Source: an uncultured Rhodothermaceae bacterium
Lineage (GTDB): Bacteria > Bacteroidota > Rhodothermia > Rhodothermales > DASSAV01
Direction: 5' to 3'
NCBI GenBank assembly: GCA_965365465.1
Contig: CBDUBU010000003.1
Coordinates: 1 to 47,276, forward strand
Length of the DNA stretch: 47,276 nt
Below are positions 38,554-47,276 of the stretch, piece after piece. Numbering within the stretch: the stretch's first letter is position 1; every line of letters begins with the position of its first letter. A program made the translations under genes and the position numbers. Below the pieces are notes generated by a model. That model saw only the letters and a list, made by a program, of their open reading frames with translations, ran no database searches and was not told the origin of the DNA.

Positions 38554-38904
38554 ATGAATATTGAGCAACTGCGCGACTACTGTCTGGCGAAGAAAGGCAG
38601 CACAGAAGGGTTTCCATTTGGAGAGGACACACTTGTTTTCAAGGTGATGGGTAAAATATTTGCCCTGGTGAACCTTGCTCGGATCCCTCTGAGTGTCAAT
38701 CTGAAATGCGATCCGGAACGCGCGGTCGAACTGCGGGAAACGTATGAAGATATAGAGCCTGGTTACCACATGAATAAAAAGCACTGGAATACAGTTTTCT
38801 TAAGGGGCGCCATTCCGGATGCCGAAGTGCGCGAAATGATAGACCATTCGTATGCCCTTGTTGCAGGCAGCCTGCGAAAAGCGGATCGGGAAGCGTTGGC
38901 GTAG
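38554..38904 (+). CDS. MmcQ/YjbR family DNA-binding protein
   Basis: FPFG, KVMGKIFA, NLKCDPE, PGYHMNKKHWN. Confidence 0.93.
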   Translation: MNIEQLRDYCLAKKGSTEGFPFGEDTLVFKVMGKIFALVNLARIPLSVNLKCDPERAVELRETYEDIEPGYHMNKKHWNTVFLRGAIPDAEVREMIDHSYALVAGSLRKADREALA

Positions 38905-38906
38905 CT

Positions 38907-39605
38907 ATGGAGCCGGAAGTCCTTTATCTCGACAATCATCTACTTGTGATTAACAAGCAGGCAGGAGTGCCCGTTCAGGCCGATCAAACGGGCGATCAGG
39001 ACTTGTTGACTCTTGCCAGATTGTTCTTGAAGGAAAAGTTTGATAAGCCGGGGAATGTATTCCTGGGGCTTGTGCATCGGCTGGACCGGCCTGTATCCGG
39101 CGTTCTTGTGTTTGCTCGCACCTCAAAGGCAGCTTCTCGGCTTTCGGAGCAATTCAGGAAGCGCACGCCGACCAAGCGGTATCTTGCTCTTGTAGAGGGA
39201 CTGTGTTCCGGAGAAGGAACGTGTATAGACTATCTGGTAAAGGAGAAACGGCAGGTGCGAGTGGTGGATAGGCAGTATCCGGGAGCGCAGGAGGCGATAC
39301 TCACGTTTCGGGTTCTGGACTCACGGCACGGGATGAGTTTGCTAGAGGTGCAACTCGAAACCGGGCGGTCTCACCAGATTCGCGTTCAGCTTGCGCATCG
39401 GGGAATGCCTATCATAGGAGATTTTCGTTATGGAACAAAGGTTCCTTTTGATGGAAGAAACCTTGCACTGCATTGCTACTCCTTGCAGGTTTTGCATCCG
39501 ACGCGGGGAGATCTCATGGAATGGACGGCAATGCCGCCTGCGACATGGGGATCACGCTTTGCCAGCACGATTAACCGGCTGTGTCAAAAAGCATCGAATA
39601 CGTAG
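38907..39605 (+). CDS. RluA-family pseudouridine synthase
   Basis: VINK.AG, VHRLDRPVSG, TGRSHQIR, GDFRYG. Confidence 0.93.
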   Translation: MEPEVLYLDNHLLVINKQAGVPVQADQTGDQDLLTLARLFLKEKFDKPGNVFLGLVHRLDRPVSGVLVFARTSKAASRLSEQFRKRTPTKRYLALVEGLCSGEGTCIDYLVKEKRQVRVVDRQYPGAQEAILTFRVLDSRHGMSLLEVQLETGRSHQIRVQLAHRGMPIIGDFRYGTKVPFDGRNLALHCYSLQVLHPTRGDLMEWTAMPPATWGSRFASTINRLCQKASNT

Positions 39606-39628
39606 TTAGCTGAGGACAGTAATAAGCT

Positions 39629-40612
39629 ATGCCGGATGATCTTGACCGACTAGAGAGGCTGCGTCAGGGGCAGCGCAGCGATATTTCCGTTGCGCATCGT
39701 ATGCAGCGATTTGTTGAGGCATTACAGATACGGATTTGTCATGCGCTGGAGTGTGTAGATGGCGAAGCTCATTTTCGGAGCGATGCATGGCAGAGACCAG
39801 GGGGCGGCGGTGGACTGAGCCGGATTCTCGAAAGCGGAAACGTATTTGAAAAGGCAGGCGTCAATACGTCCGCGGTTTATGGAGAACTGCCTGATCGTAT
39901 GGCAGAGGCATTGGGAGCGAGGTGCAAGCAGTTTTTCGCAACGGGCATTTCCATCGTTGTGCATCCTCAGTCACCGTACGTTCCTGCCGTACACGCAAAT
40001 TTCAGATATTTTGCGCTTGGAGCGGATCTGTATCAGCCGGAGGATCAGTGGTTCGGAGGGGGCGCAGATCTAACGCCGTATTATCCCTTCCTGTCTGACG
40101 TGCAGCACTTTCACCGCGTATGGAAAGAGGTGTGCGACCGGCATGAGGAAGCAGACTATTCGCGTTTCAAGGAGCAATGCGATGCCTATTTTTATCTTCC
40201 TCATCGTGGAGAAACGCGGGGCGCAGGTGGGATTTTCTTCGACTATTTACGAGGCGACATAGAGAGAGGATTCTTTTTCAGTCGTGATGCCGGACGCTCC
40301 TTTCTGAATTCATACGTGCCTATCGTGCAGCGGCGCAAGGATATGCCGTATGGAGAGACGGAGTGTCTCTATCAGGAGATCCGGCGAGGACGGTACGCAG
40401 AATTCAATCTGCTGTATGATAAGGGCACCCGATTTGGTGTTGAAACGAACGGGCGCACCGAGAGCATCTTGATGAGCCTCCCGCCGAGGGCGCAATGGCG
40501 TTACGATTGGCAGCCTGAACCAGGTTCGCCGGAATCGCAGGCGCTATGGTATTTTGCTCCGCACGACTGGCTGGAACTGTCTGAAGCGCAGATTCCTTCG
40601 CTTAAAGCTTGA
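39629..40612 (+). CDS. hemF: Oxygen-dependent coproporphyrinogen III oxidase
   Basis: FEKAGVN, HANFRYF, WFGGGADLTP, GGIFFD, RRGRYAEFNL, ESILMSLP. Confidence 0.97.
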   Translation: MPDDLDRLERLRQGQRSDISVAHRMQRFVEALQIRICHALECVDGEAHFRSDAWQRPGGGGGLSRILESGNVFEKAGVNTSAVYGELPDRMAEALGARCKQFFATGISIVVHPQSPYVPAVHANFRYFALGADLYQPEDQWFGGGADLTPYYPFLSDVQHFHRVWKEVCDRHEEADYSRFKEQCDAYFYLPHRGETRGAGGIFFDYLRGDIERGFFFSRDAGRSFLNSYVPIVQRRKDMPYGETECLYQEIRRGRYAEFNLLYDKGTRFGVETNGRTESILMSLPPRAQWRYDWQPEPGSPESQALWYFAPHDWLELSEAQIPSLKA

Positions 40613-40862
40613 ATGGAAGAATGTTAATACGGCCGGCACAGGCGGGGTAGAATGCTATCGTCTGCGGGTGAAAGTGCAGTAGTCAAGCATGACATTGCTC
40701 ACCCGTTTCACTGGTGCGTGGGGGGAAAAGCAGGGCGGCATCGTGAAGCTTCATCAAAAAACCGCACGTCATTCATGTTTTGGTGAAGAAAAAGCCGTTC
40801 CATAAGCATTAAAGGTTTGTAATCTGACCCCGGCTATGAAGGGCCATGGTAGTGATTTCAAA

Positions 40863-40879
40863 CAAAACAAGTTGTTTTG
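40863..40879. promoter_or_regulatory. 8-1-8 palindrome upstream of hemH
   Basis: CAAAACAA-G-TTGTTTTG, overlapping TTGACA at 40877-40882. Confidence 0.4.
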
Positions 40880-40966
40880 ACAATGCTTTGCGCCGCCGGG
40901 TGCTGCAGCGTTCAGGGTTAGTCCCACCGCTCATTCTTCTTACATAACCTCTTGATTGGTTAGACT

Positions 40967-42256
40967 ATGACCCCTCGCGAATTTTTGCGACGTTATCAGT
41001 ATGATGATAGGCTCGTCAATGGGCGGTATTATTCGTCGGAGCTGCTGCCCATCAGACGCGGTGAGCGGGTCGGGGTAGTCTTGCTTAACCTTGGAGGACC
41101 GGATCGTGTAGAGGACGTTGCTCCGTTTCTCTATAATTTATTTATGGATCCGGCCATAATTGATATTCCGGTCAAGGGCTTGCTGCGGCATTGGCTGTCG
41201 CGGCTTATTGCGCGAACTCGTTCAAAATCAGTAGGCAAAGATTACGAGGTAATAGGGGGCGGATCCCCTATTAACCGGCTTACCCGCGAGCAGGCTTCTG
41301 CTATCGAGGTTGCTCTCAACGATCGGTATGGAGAGGCGATGGGGGTTACGTTTCGGACTTACATTGCCATGCGGTACTGGCATCCCTTTAGCGAGGACGC
41401 AGCGAAAAGGATGCTTGAGGATGGCATAGACAAAGTTGTATTGTTGCCGCTCTATCCGCAATACTCAAAAACCACCACGGGATCATCGTTGCTATACTGG
41501 TGGATGCTAGAGCAGGCAGGTGAGATAGCTGTCCGTCCGACAGCTTACGTTTATGAGTATGCAGCACATCCCAAATATATAAGGGCTGTGAGCGAGCGCA
41601 TCGATGAGGCATTGCAGCGCTTCCCTCGCAACCTTCGTAGTCATGTGCAGCTAGTGTTTAGCGCGCACGGCACCCCCTTAAGAGAGATGAAGGAGCGAAA
41701 GGATCCGTACTGCTGCCTTATACACGGGACCGTAGATCGGGTCATGGCGCTGCGCAGGAATGATCGGCCTTTTCATGTCGCTTTTCAAAGCAAGGTAGGT
41801 CCGGCCGAGTGGCTCACTCCGAGCACTCCCGACAAGTTGAAAGAACTGGCTGAGGATGGTCTGACAGCAGTTTTACTGGTCCCCATTGCTTTCGTGACCG
41901 ATCATATCGAGACAGCGTATGAACTGGATGTTGAGGTGCGGCAGGAGGCTGAAGAAATGGGGATCCGCCATTTTGAAGTTACTTCCGGGCTAAACTGCCA
42001 TCCTTTGTTCATAGAGGCGCTCGCCGAAGCAACAGTATCACAGCTTCTGTTGCCGGGTTCGGTTAGTGAGGCAGCGCAGTCAGGAGATGGGGATTCTACA
42101 AGCACGGGAGCGCCTGTCAGGGAGGCGACAAAATATCGCCCCGCAGAGCGGTGTATACGTTGTCACCAGTGCGGATTTATTACAGAACCTCGCCGGTGGG
42201 CTTCCTCCCTGGAAGAGAATGACGCCAGATCCATACGGGGAGAGTGTCCCGTCTGA
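40967..42256 (+). CDS. hemH: Ferrochelatase with Cys-rich C-terminal extension
   Basis: LLNLGGP, GGGSP, AMRYWHP, LPLYPQYS, FSAHG, DPY, FQSKVGP..WL.P, FVTDHIET. Confidence 0.96.
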   Translation: MTPREFLRRYQYDDRLVNGRYYSSELLPIRRGERVGVVLLNLGGPDRVEDVAPFLYNLFMDPAIIDIPVKGLLRHWLSRLIARTRSKSVGKDYEVIGGGSPINRLTREQASAIEVALNDRYGEAMGVTFRTYIAMRYWHPFSEDAAKRMLEDGIDKVVLLPLYPQYSKTTTGSSLLYWWMLEQAGEIAVRPTAYVYEYAAHPKYIRAVSERIDEALQRFPRNLRSHVQLVFSAHGTPLREMKERKDPYCCLIHGTVDRVMALRRNDRPFHVAFQSKVGPAEWLTPSTPDKLKELAEDGLTAVLLVPIAFVTDHIETAYELDVEVRQEAEEMGIRHFEVTSGLNCHPLFIEALAEATVSQLLLPGSVSEAAQSGDGDSTSTGAPVREATKYRPAERCIRCHQCGFITEPRRWASSLEENDARSIRGECPV

Positions 42257-42289
42257 GCGCCGTATATTTCATTTGACCCGGAGAACAGG

Positions 42290-43633
42290 ATGATGAACCG
42301 AAGGTGTTTTCTGAAGTCTGCGGTTACTACTGCAGCCGCAGCTTCATTCCCCGCGATTATTCCGGCATCTGCTCTGGGAAGAGCAGGCCGCCCAGCACCG
42401 AGCGACCGGATTACGATGGGGGTCATCGGGACAGGCAACCAGGGGACCAATGATCTTTTTGGATTCCTGGATGACGAACGTGTTCAGGTGGTTGCCGTAT
42501 GCGACGTGAACGAAGGCAGTGCGGGGTACTGGGACGGGCGTTACGCAGGGCGCGAACCTGCAAGAAAAATCGTTGAATGGCATTATGCGCGGCAAAAAGC
42601 AGCAGGCACATACGAGGGATGCGCTGCGTTCGAAGACTTTCGGGATCTCATTGCACGCGACGACATAGACACCGTTCTCATAGCGCTTCCCGATCACTGG
42701 CACGCGATCCCTGTAGTAGAGGCGGCAAAGGCAGGCAAAGATATTTATGGAGAAAAACCCCTGGCATTGACCATAGCGGAAGGGCGGATAATGAGTGATG
42801 CCGTTCGGAAACATGGACGTGTTTTCCAGACGGGCAGTCAACAACGAAGTGATTATAATTTCCGGCGTGTATGTGAACTTGTCAGAAACGGCAGAATCGG
42901 GAAGCTGCATACGGTTCGGTGCGGACTGCCCGGCGGAACTCCGGACTTTGGAAACACCGGGGACAGGAAGGCGCCGGAGCCTGTGCCGGAAGGGTTCAAC
43001 TATGAGATGTGGCTTGGACCGGCACCTGATGCCTATTACTGCCCGGCGCGATGCCATATCAACTTCCGCTGGATTCTGGACTACTCCGGGGGACAGGTTA
43101 CTGACTGGGGAGGGCATCATCCGGATATTGCCCAGTGGGGAATGGGCACGGAAGACACGGGGCCTGTAGAGATCAGGAACGCCGAGGGTGTGTTCTCTAC
43201 GGATAGCCCCTGGAATACGGCTACGTCTTTTTACTTCGAAGCAATCTATGAAAATGGAGTTAAGCTGATAATCTCAAATCGGGAGCGGGGCGGCGTGACG
43301 TTTGAAGGGGCCGAAGGATGGGTATGGGCTACACGCGGGAACCACGATGCTTCTTCAAAAGAGATTATGACTGCGGAAATCAGTGCGGACGAGATCCATC
43401 TTTATGAGAGCAAGAATCACTATCGAAACTTCATAGATTGCGTCATTGACAGAAAGGAGCCGGTAGCTCCGATTGAAACGGCTCATCGTTCGATCACCAT
43501 CGCGCATCTTGGCAACATCGCTATGCGATTGGGACGCGATGTGAAGTGGGATCCTGAAAAGGAACGGTTTATTGACGATGAGGAAGCCAACGGAATGATC
43601 TCGCGCCCTATGCGGGACCCCTGGCATCTTTAA
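42290..43633 (+). CDS. Tat-exported Gfo/Idh/MocA oxidoreductase
   Basis: NRRCFLK Tat signal, GTGNQG, PDHWH, YGEKP, QTGSQQRS, WLGPAP, DWGGHH.D. Confidence 0.93.
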   Translation: MMNRRCFLKSAVTTAAAASFPAIIPASALGRAGRPAPSDRITMGVIGTGNQGTNDLFGFLDDERVQVVAVCDVNEGSAGYWDGRYAGREPARKIVEWHYARQKAAGTYEGCAAFEDFRDLIARDDIDTVLIALPDHWHAIPVVEAAKAGKDIYGEKPLALTIAEGRIMSDAVRKHGRVFQTGSQQRSDYNFRRVCELVRNGRIGKLHTVRCGLPGGTPDFGNTGDRKAPEPVPEGFNYEMWLGPAPDAYYCPARCHINFRWILDYSGGQVTDWGGHHPDIAQWGMGTEDTGPVEIRNAEGVFSTDSPWNTATSFYFEAIYENGVKLIISNRERGGVTFEGAEGWVWATRGNHDASSKEIMTAEISADEIHLYESKNHYRNFIDCVIDRKEPVAPIETAHRSITIAHLGNIAMRLGRDVKWDPEKERFIDDEEANGMISRPMRDPWHL

Positions 43634-43659
43634 TTGAATACACTACCTGTCTGAACTGC

Positions 43660-44964
43660 GTGATAAAAACAGAGAAAAGCAAGACACTGTTTGAAGAAGC
43701 ACAACAGTTTATTCCCGGCGGGGTAAACTCTCCGGTTCGTGCCTTCAAAAGTGTAGGAGGGACTCCGTTATTCATTGAACGGGCCGAAGGCGCCTACCTG
43801 GAAGATGTCGACGGGAACAGGTATATCGATTATGTAGGATCCTGGGGGCCAATGCTATTTGGGCACGCAGATCCTGATGTCGTTCGCGCTGTGGAGCAGG
43901 CGTCTGCGCGTTCCACCTCGTTTGGCGCTCCAACGGCTATAGAGGTTCGTGTAGCCGAACTGATTTGCGAACTCGTGCCCTCTGTTGAGAAAGTGCGCAT
44001 GGTGAATTCGGGCACCGAGGCCACGATGAGCGCAGTGCGCCTTGCCCGAGGTGTTACCGGCCGTGAGAAGATCATCAAGTTTGAGGGAAACTATCACGGT
44101 CACGGGGACTTTTTTCTGATTGCAGCCGGCAGCGGCGCCATGACTTTTGGCGTTCCAAACTCGCCCGGTGTAACAGCAGGAAATGCTCAGGATACACTGA
44201 TTGCGAGATACAATGATCTGGCAAACGTGCGCGCCCTTGTGAATGCAAACAAGGGCAGCATTGCTTGTATCATCGTTGAGCCTGTTGCCGGCAACATGGG
44301 CTGCATTCTGCCGGAGCCTGGTTTTCTGGAAGGTCTCAGGTCTCTTTGCGATGCGGAAGGAATTATCCTGATTTTTGACGAGGTGATGACTGGGTTCAGG
44401 GTTGCACGTGGAGGAGCGCAAGAATACTTCGGCGTGACGCCGGACATCACGACCCTGGGAAAGGTTATAGGAGCCGGGCTGCCGGTGGGAGCTTATGGAG
44501 GGAAGAGAGAAATCATGGATTTTGTCTCCCCTTCCGGTCCTGTCTATCAGGCGGGCACTCTTTCTGGAAATCCTCTTGCTATGCACGCAGGATATACGGT
44601 TCTCCGCAAAATAGCCGAAGACGAGCGTTTGTATGAGCATCTCTCGGCGTTTGGGGCAGCCCTGGATGAAGGGACTAGAGAAAACTTCAGCGCAGCGGGC
44701 ATTCCGTATTATGCGACACGGATAGGATCAATGGGCTGCATCTTCTTTAGTGACCGGAACGTAGTTGATTACGCTACAGCCATGATGTGCGATACCAACC
44801 GTTACGCCGTGTACTTTCATGCTATGCTGAACGAAGGCATCTACCTGGCGCCCTCGCAGTTCGAGGCATTCTTTTTCTCGGTCTGCCACGGAGAGAAGGA
44901 ACTGGATCGTACGCTGAAGGCGCAGCAAAAAGCACTGAGAAAAGTCAGTTCTCTTGCGGCGTAA
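43660..44964 (+). CDS. hemL: Glutamate-1-semialdehyde 2,1-aminomutase
   Basis: PGGVNSPVRAF, NSGTEATMSA, FDEVMTGFR, LGKVIG, YQAGTLSGNP; GTG start. Confidence 0.97.
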   Translation: MIKTEKSKTLFEEAQQFIPGGVNSPVRAFKSVGGTPLFIERAEGAYLEDVDGNRYIDYVGSWGPMLFGHADPDVVRAVEQASARSTSFGAPTAIEVRVAELICELVPSVEKVRMVNSGTEATMSAVRLARGVTGREKIIKFEGNYHGHGDFFLIAAGSGAMTFGVPNSPGVTAGNAQDTLIARYNDLANVRALVNANKGSIACIIVEPVAGNMGCILPEPGFLEGLRSLCDAEGIILIFDEVMTGFRVARGGAQEYFGVTPDITTLGKVIGAGLPVGAYGGKREIMDFVSPSGPVYQAGTLSGNPLAMHAGYTVLRKIAEDERLYEHLSAFGAALDEGTRENFSAAGIPYYATRIGSMGCIFFSDRNVVDYATAMMCDTNRYAVYFHAMLNEGIYLAPSQFEAFFFSVCHGEKELDRTLKAQQKALRKVSSLAA

Positions 44965-45001
44965 CGGCTTCTGTGTTCAGCGTTTTATAGGTGGCAAAGT
45001 G

Positions 45002-45712
45002 TCATCCCATACGCGCGGCGAAGAACAACTCAAGTTCGTGAAGGGTAGTCTCAGAGGTTTGAATGTCCTGAACGACGGAACCGGCGTCAAGGATAGCTAT
45101 ACGCTGGCACACATCGGTAATATGCCGCAGGTCATGGCTGGAAATGATTAGCGTGGCGCCGGCTGTCATGCTAAGTTGTGCGAGCATGATTTTGAGCTGA
45201 ATCTGCGATCCTGGGTCAAGATTGGCAAATGGTTCATCCAGTATGAGCAGCCGGGGCTTAATCAGCATGGCTGCTACGATGCCAACCTTTTTTGCATTTC
45301 CCCTGGACAGGTCGCGCAGGAGTTTCGTATGCTCTCCGAGGACGCGATCCGTGAAGAAGGGACGGAAGGGATCCAGCGCTTCGGCAATCGCTGCACGCTG
45401 AAGTCCATACACGCTGCCGACAAAATCTATGTATTCATCGGCTGTCAGGAAGTCCAGCAGGAAAGACTCGTCCAGGTAAGAGCCTGTGGATTGCTTCCAT
45501 TCATCGTAGACAGCTACGTTCTTCTGCCCGATCAATACGGATCCGGTATCGGCTCTAAGAAGGTTGAGAAGGAGTCGCAGGAACGTCGTTTTACCAGCGC
45601 CATTATTTCCAACTAGGCCAAAGGTTTCTCCGGAGGCAATGCTAAGCGAAGGGATGCTGAGTTCAAAGCGACTTCCAAATCGTTTGATCAGATTGCGGAT
45701 TTCAACGCTCAT
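45002..45712 (-). CDS. ABC transporter ATP-binding protein
   Basis: GNNGAGKTT, LSRGNAKK, LDEPFANLDP, SSHDL; start ATG 45712 overlaps the upstream stop. Confidence 0.92.
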   Translation of the reverse strand: MSVEIRNLIKRFGSRFELSIPSLSIASGETFGLVGNNGAGKTTFLRLLLNLLRADTGSVLIGQKNVAVYDEWKQSTGSYLDESFLLDFLTADEYIDFVGSVYGLQRAAIAEALDPFRPFFTDRVLGEHTKLLRDLSRGNAKKVGIVAAMLIKPRLLILDEPFANLDPGSQIQLKIMLAQLSMTAGATLIISSHDLRHITDVCQRIAILDAGSVVQDIQTSETTLHELELFFAARMG

Positions 45713-47186
45713 AGTATCTGAATCCATCAGCCATGACGTAACGGCGGCGTGCAAGATGCCTCGCCAGGACCAGGCTAAGCGGTCTGGTCAGGAAAATACC
45801 TGCCACACCAGATGCAGCAATGATACCCATCGCTATCTCAGGATTATCTGAAAGCAGATGAAAAACCACCGCTGCAGGGATGATGGCGAGGATAAACCAG
45901 AACCAGTGCGCCAGGGTAAATCCTTCGTAGTTCATAAACCCGTTTCTGATCAGGTTTAGCCGCTTACGATTGTGTATAGCCAGAACCATCATAATGCCCA
46001 CCGTGATGCCGGCGTTATAGAACAGAAAGCTGATATGCAAGGCTGTCAGGTCGGGCCTCATGAGGAGGAACACAGGAAGGCTGACGACAAACAGCAGAGC
46101 GCAAGATAGTTGAAGCAGGTACGTTTTTGCCAGAACGATGCCCTGGAATGAGTGGGCGCGGGAAAGAAAGCCATCGAAGTAGCAGCTTTCCCATGAAAAC
46201 ATAAGCTGTCCGTAGTTAGCTGCAAACATGCCGGAGGCAAAGACTCCGAGGACAGCGCCTACCAGCCCGACCGGAGATCCCTTGAAGTTGGCGAGAATCA
46301 TGCCAACATAGACTGTGCCCAGGACTACGGAAATCAAAAAATAGGTGCGAGGTCTTTTGTTGCGAAACATCATCTTCACCTCGAGGAGCATCAGATTTAT
46401 GATCTCTCCCTGCTTTGTGTCAAAGGTTATTTGCCAGAGCGGCTGCGCGTCGCCGCAGGCGCTTTCTTCCTGCAAACGCTTTCGGAACAGCAGACCTGAC
46501 CAGTAAATAACCAGGAAGGTTACGAAGACAAGCAGTAACCATACGACGAGATTGCCTTGAGCTATGTGTTGGAAAACATAAGAAGATGCCTGTAGCAAGA
46601 ATTGCTGCCCCAGGATCAGATCTGCTGCTGAAATGATGCCCAGTACACTGATGCCGATGAAGAAATCGAGCAAGCTGCGATCGAGTAGGCTTCTGAGTAT
46701 AAGCACGCCGTAATGTGACACAAGCATAAGCAGACAAAAGCCTGTCATCCACAGAACTCCGGGCGCTGTCTTTTGCGACTCCAGCAAAGTCTCCCGAATC
46801 CAAAAGGGAAGCAAAAAGAGGATGGGAAGCAGATTGTGGAGTGAAGCGAGGGAAGAAAACTGAAAATACCAGATCAGTTTCGTCTGTGAGACAGGAAGAT
46901 GGAGATAGGGGCGAATACTGACATGGGGAGTGCGTTGCAGAAAGAAGCGGAGGGGAAACAAGCCCAGCAACCCAACGAGGGCGTAGCGGCTAAGAACGCT
47001 GATAACGGGCTGATCAGGGAAGACAGAATCCAGCGCGTGGCTTACGATAAAGCCAAGACTGGCCGTAACCGCAGTTGTATATAGCAGGAGCGCTGCCAGG
47101 CCCATTATGGAGAGCCAGCGATACCTGGGCCTGAATGAGCGCTGAACGCTACGCCACTGATGGCGCAGCAGGGTCAAGAACAGCAT
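45702..47186 (-). CDS. DUF5687-like polytopic membrane protein (putative ABC permease)
   Basis: About 12 TM segments; RFFLQ, PYLHLP, RNKRPR, NYGQLMFSWES; coupled to the ABC ATPase. Confidence 0.8.
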   Translation of the reverse strand: MLFLTLLRHQWRSVQRSFRPRYRWLSIMGLAALLLYTTAVTASLGFIVSHALDSVFPDQPVISVLSRYALVGLLGLFPLRFFLQRTPHVSIRPYLHLPVSQTKLIWYFQFSSLASLHNLLPILFLLPFWIRETLLESQKTAPGVLWMTGFCLLMLVSHYGVLILRSLLDRSLLDFFIGISVLGIISAADLILGQQFLLQASSYVFQHIAQGNLVVWLLLVFVTFLVIYWSGLLFRKRLQEESACGDAQPLWQITFDTKQGEIINLMLLEVKMMFRNKRPRTYFLISVVLGTVYVGMILANFKGSPVGLVGAVLGVFASGMFAANYGQLMFSWESCYFDGFLSRAHSFQGIVLAKTYLLQLSCALLFVVSLPVFLLMRPDLTALHISFLFYNAGITVGIMMVLAIHNRKRLNLIRNGFMNYEGFTLAHWFWFILAIIPAAVVFHLLSDNPEIAMGIIAASGVAGIFLTRPLSLVLARHLARRRYVMADGFRYYER

Positions 47187-47204
47187 TGGGCGCAGAGAAT
47201 ACAA

Positions 47205-47232
47205 ATGCTACTACCGGCGACGAGTATGTCAA
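47205..47232 (-). promoter_or_regulatory. Candidate sigma70 promoter for the permease/ATPase pair
   Basis: Minus strand TTGACA (47232-47227), 16 nt spacer, TAGCAT (47210-47205). Confidence 0.45.
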
Positions 47233-47276
47233 GTAAAGTGTGTAAATGACCGGCTGCTAGGATACGGGCATACGCC

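Overview
A gene-dense, mostly housekeeping chromosomal segment. Gene repertoire and protein style point to an FCB-group bacterium, most likely Rhodothermota/Bacteroidota-like (inference, no search run). In order it holds: a split 5'-nucleotidase, a complete SUF Fe-S operon (sufBCDSET) with a divergent A-type carrier, two tandem DUF192 lipoproteins, hemW, a nurA / ABC-ATPase / HD-hydrolase trio, a NarL-type regulator, hpt-tilS-mutL, eno-ftsB, ROK kinase-lptD, osmC-metZ, a lipase, a phytase-fold protein, a PrsW protease, and a loose heme cluster (hemE, hemF, hemH, hemL) interleaved with ettA, yjbR, rluA and a Tat oxidoreductase. I found no tRNA/rRNA, CRISPR array, transposase or prophage gene, and no clear-cut novel multi-gene system. 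The best leads are (i) a beta-propeller phytase homolog whose active-site residues appear systematically replaced, (ii) NurA without an adjacent HerA, co-oriented with an orphan ABC ATPase and a SAMHD1-like HD hydrolase, (iii) MutL with degenerate endonuclease/Zn motifs, (iv) a ferrochelatase with a CxxCxxC tail, and (v) perfect palindromes upstream of sufB, hemE and hemH. All family calls come from motif recognition by eye.
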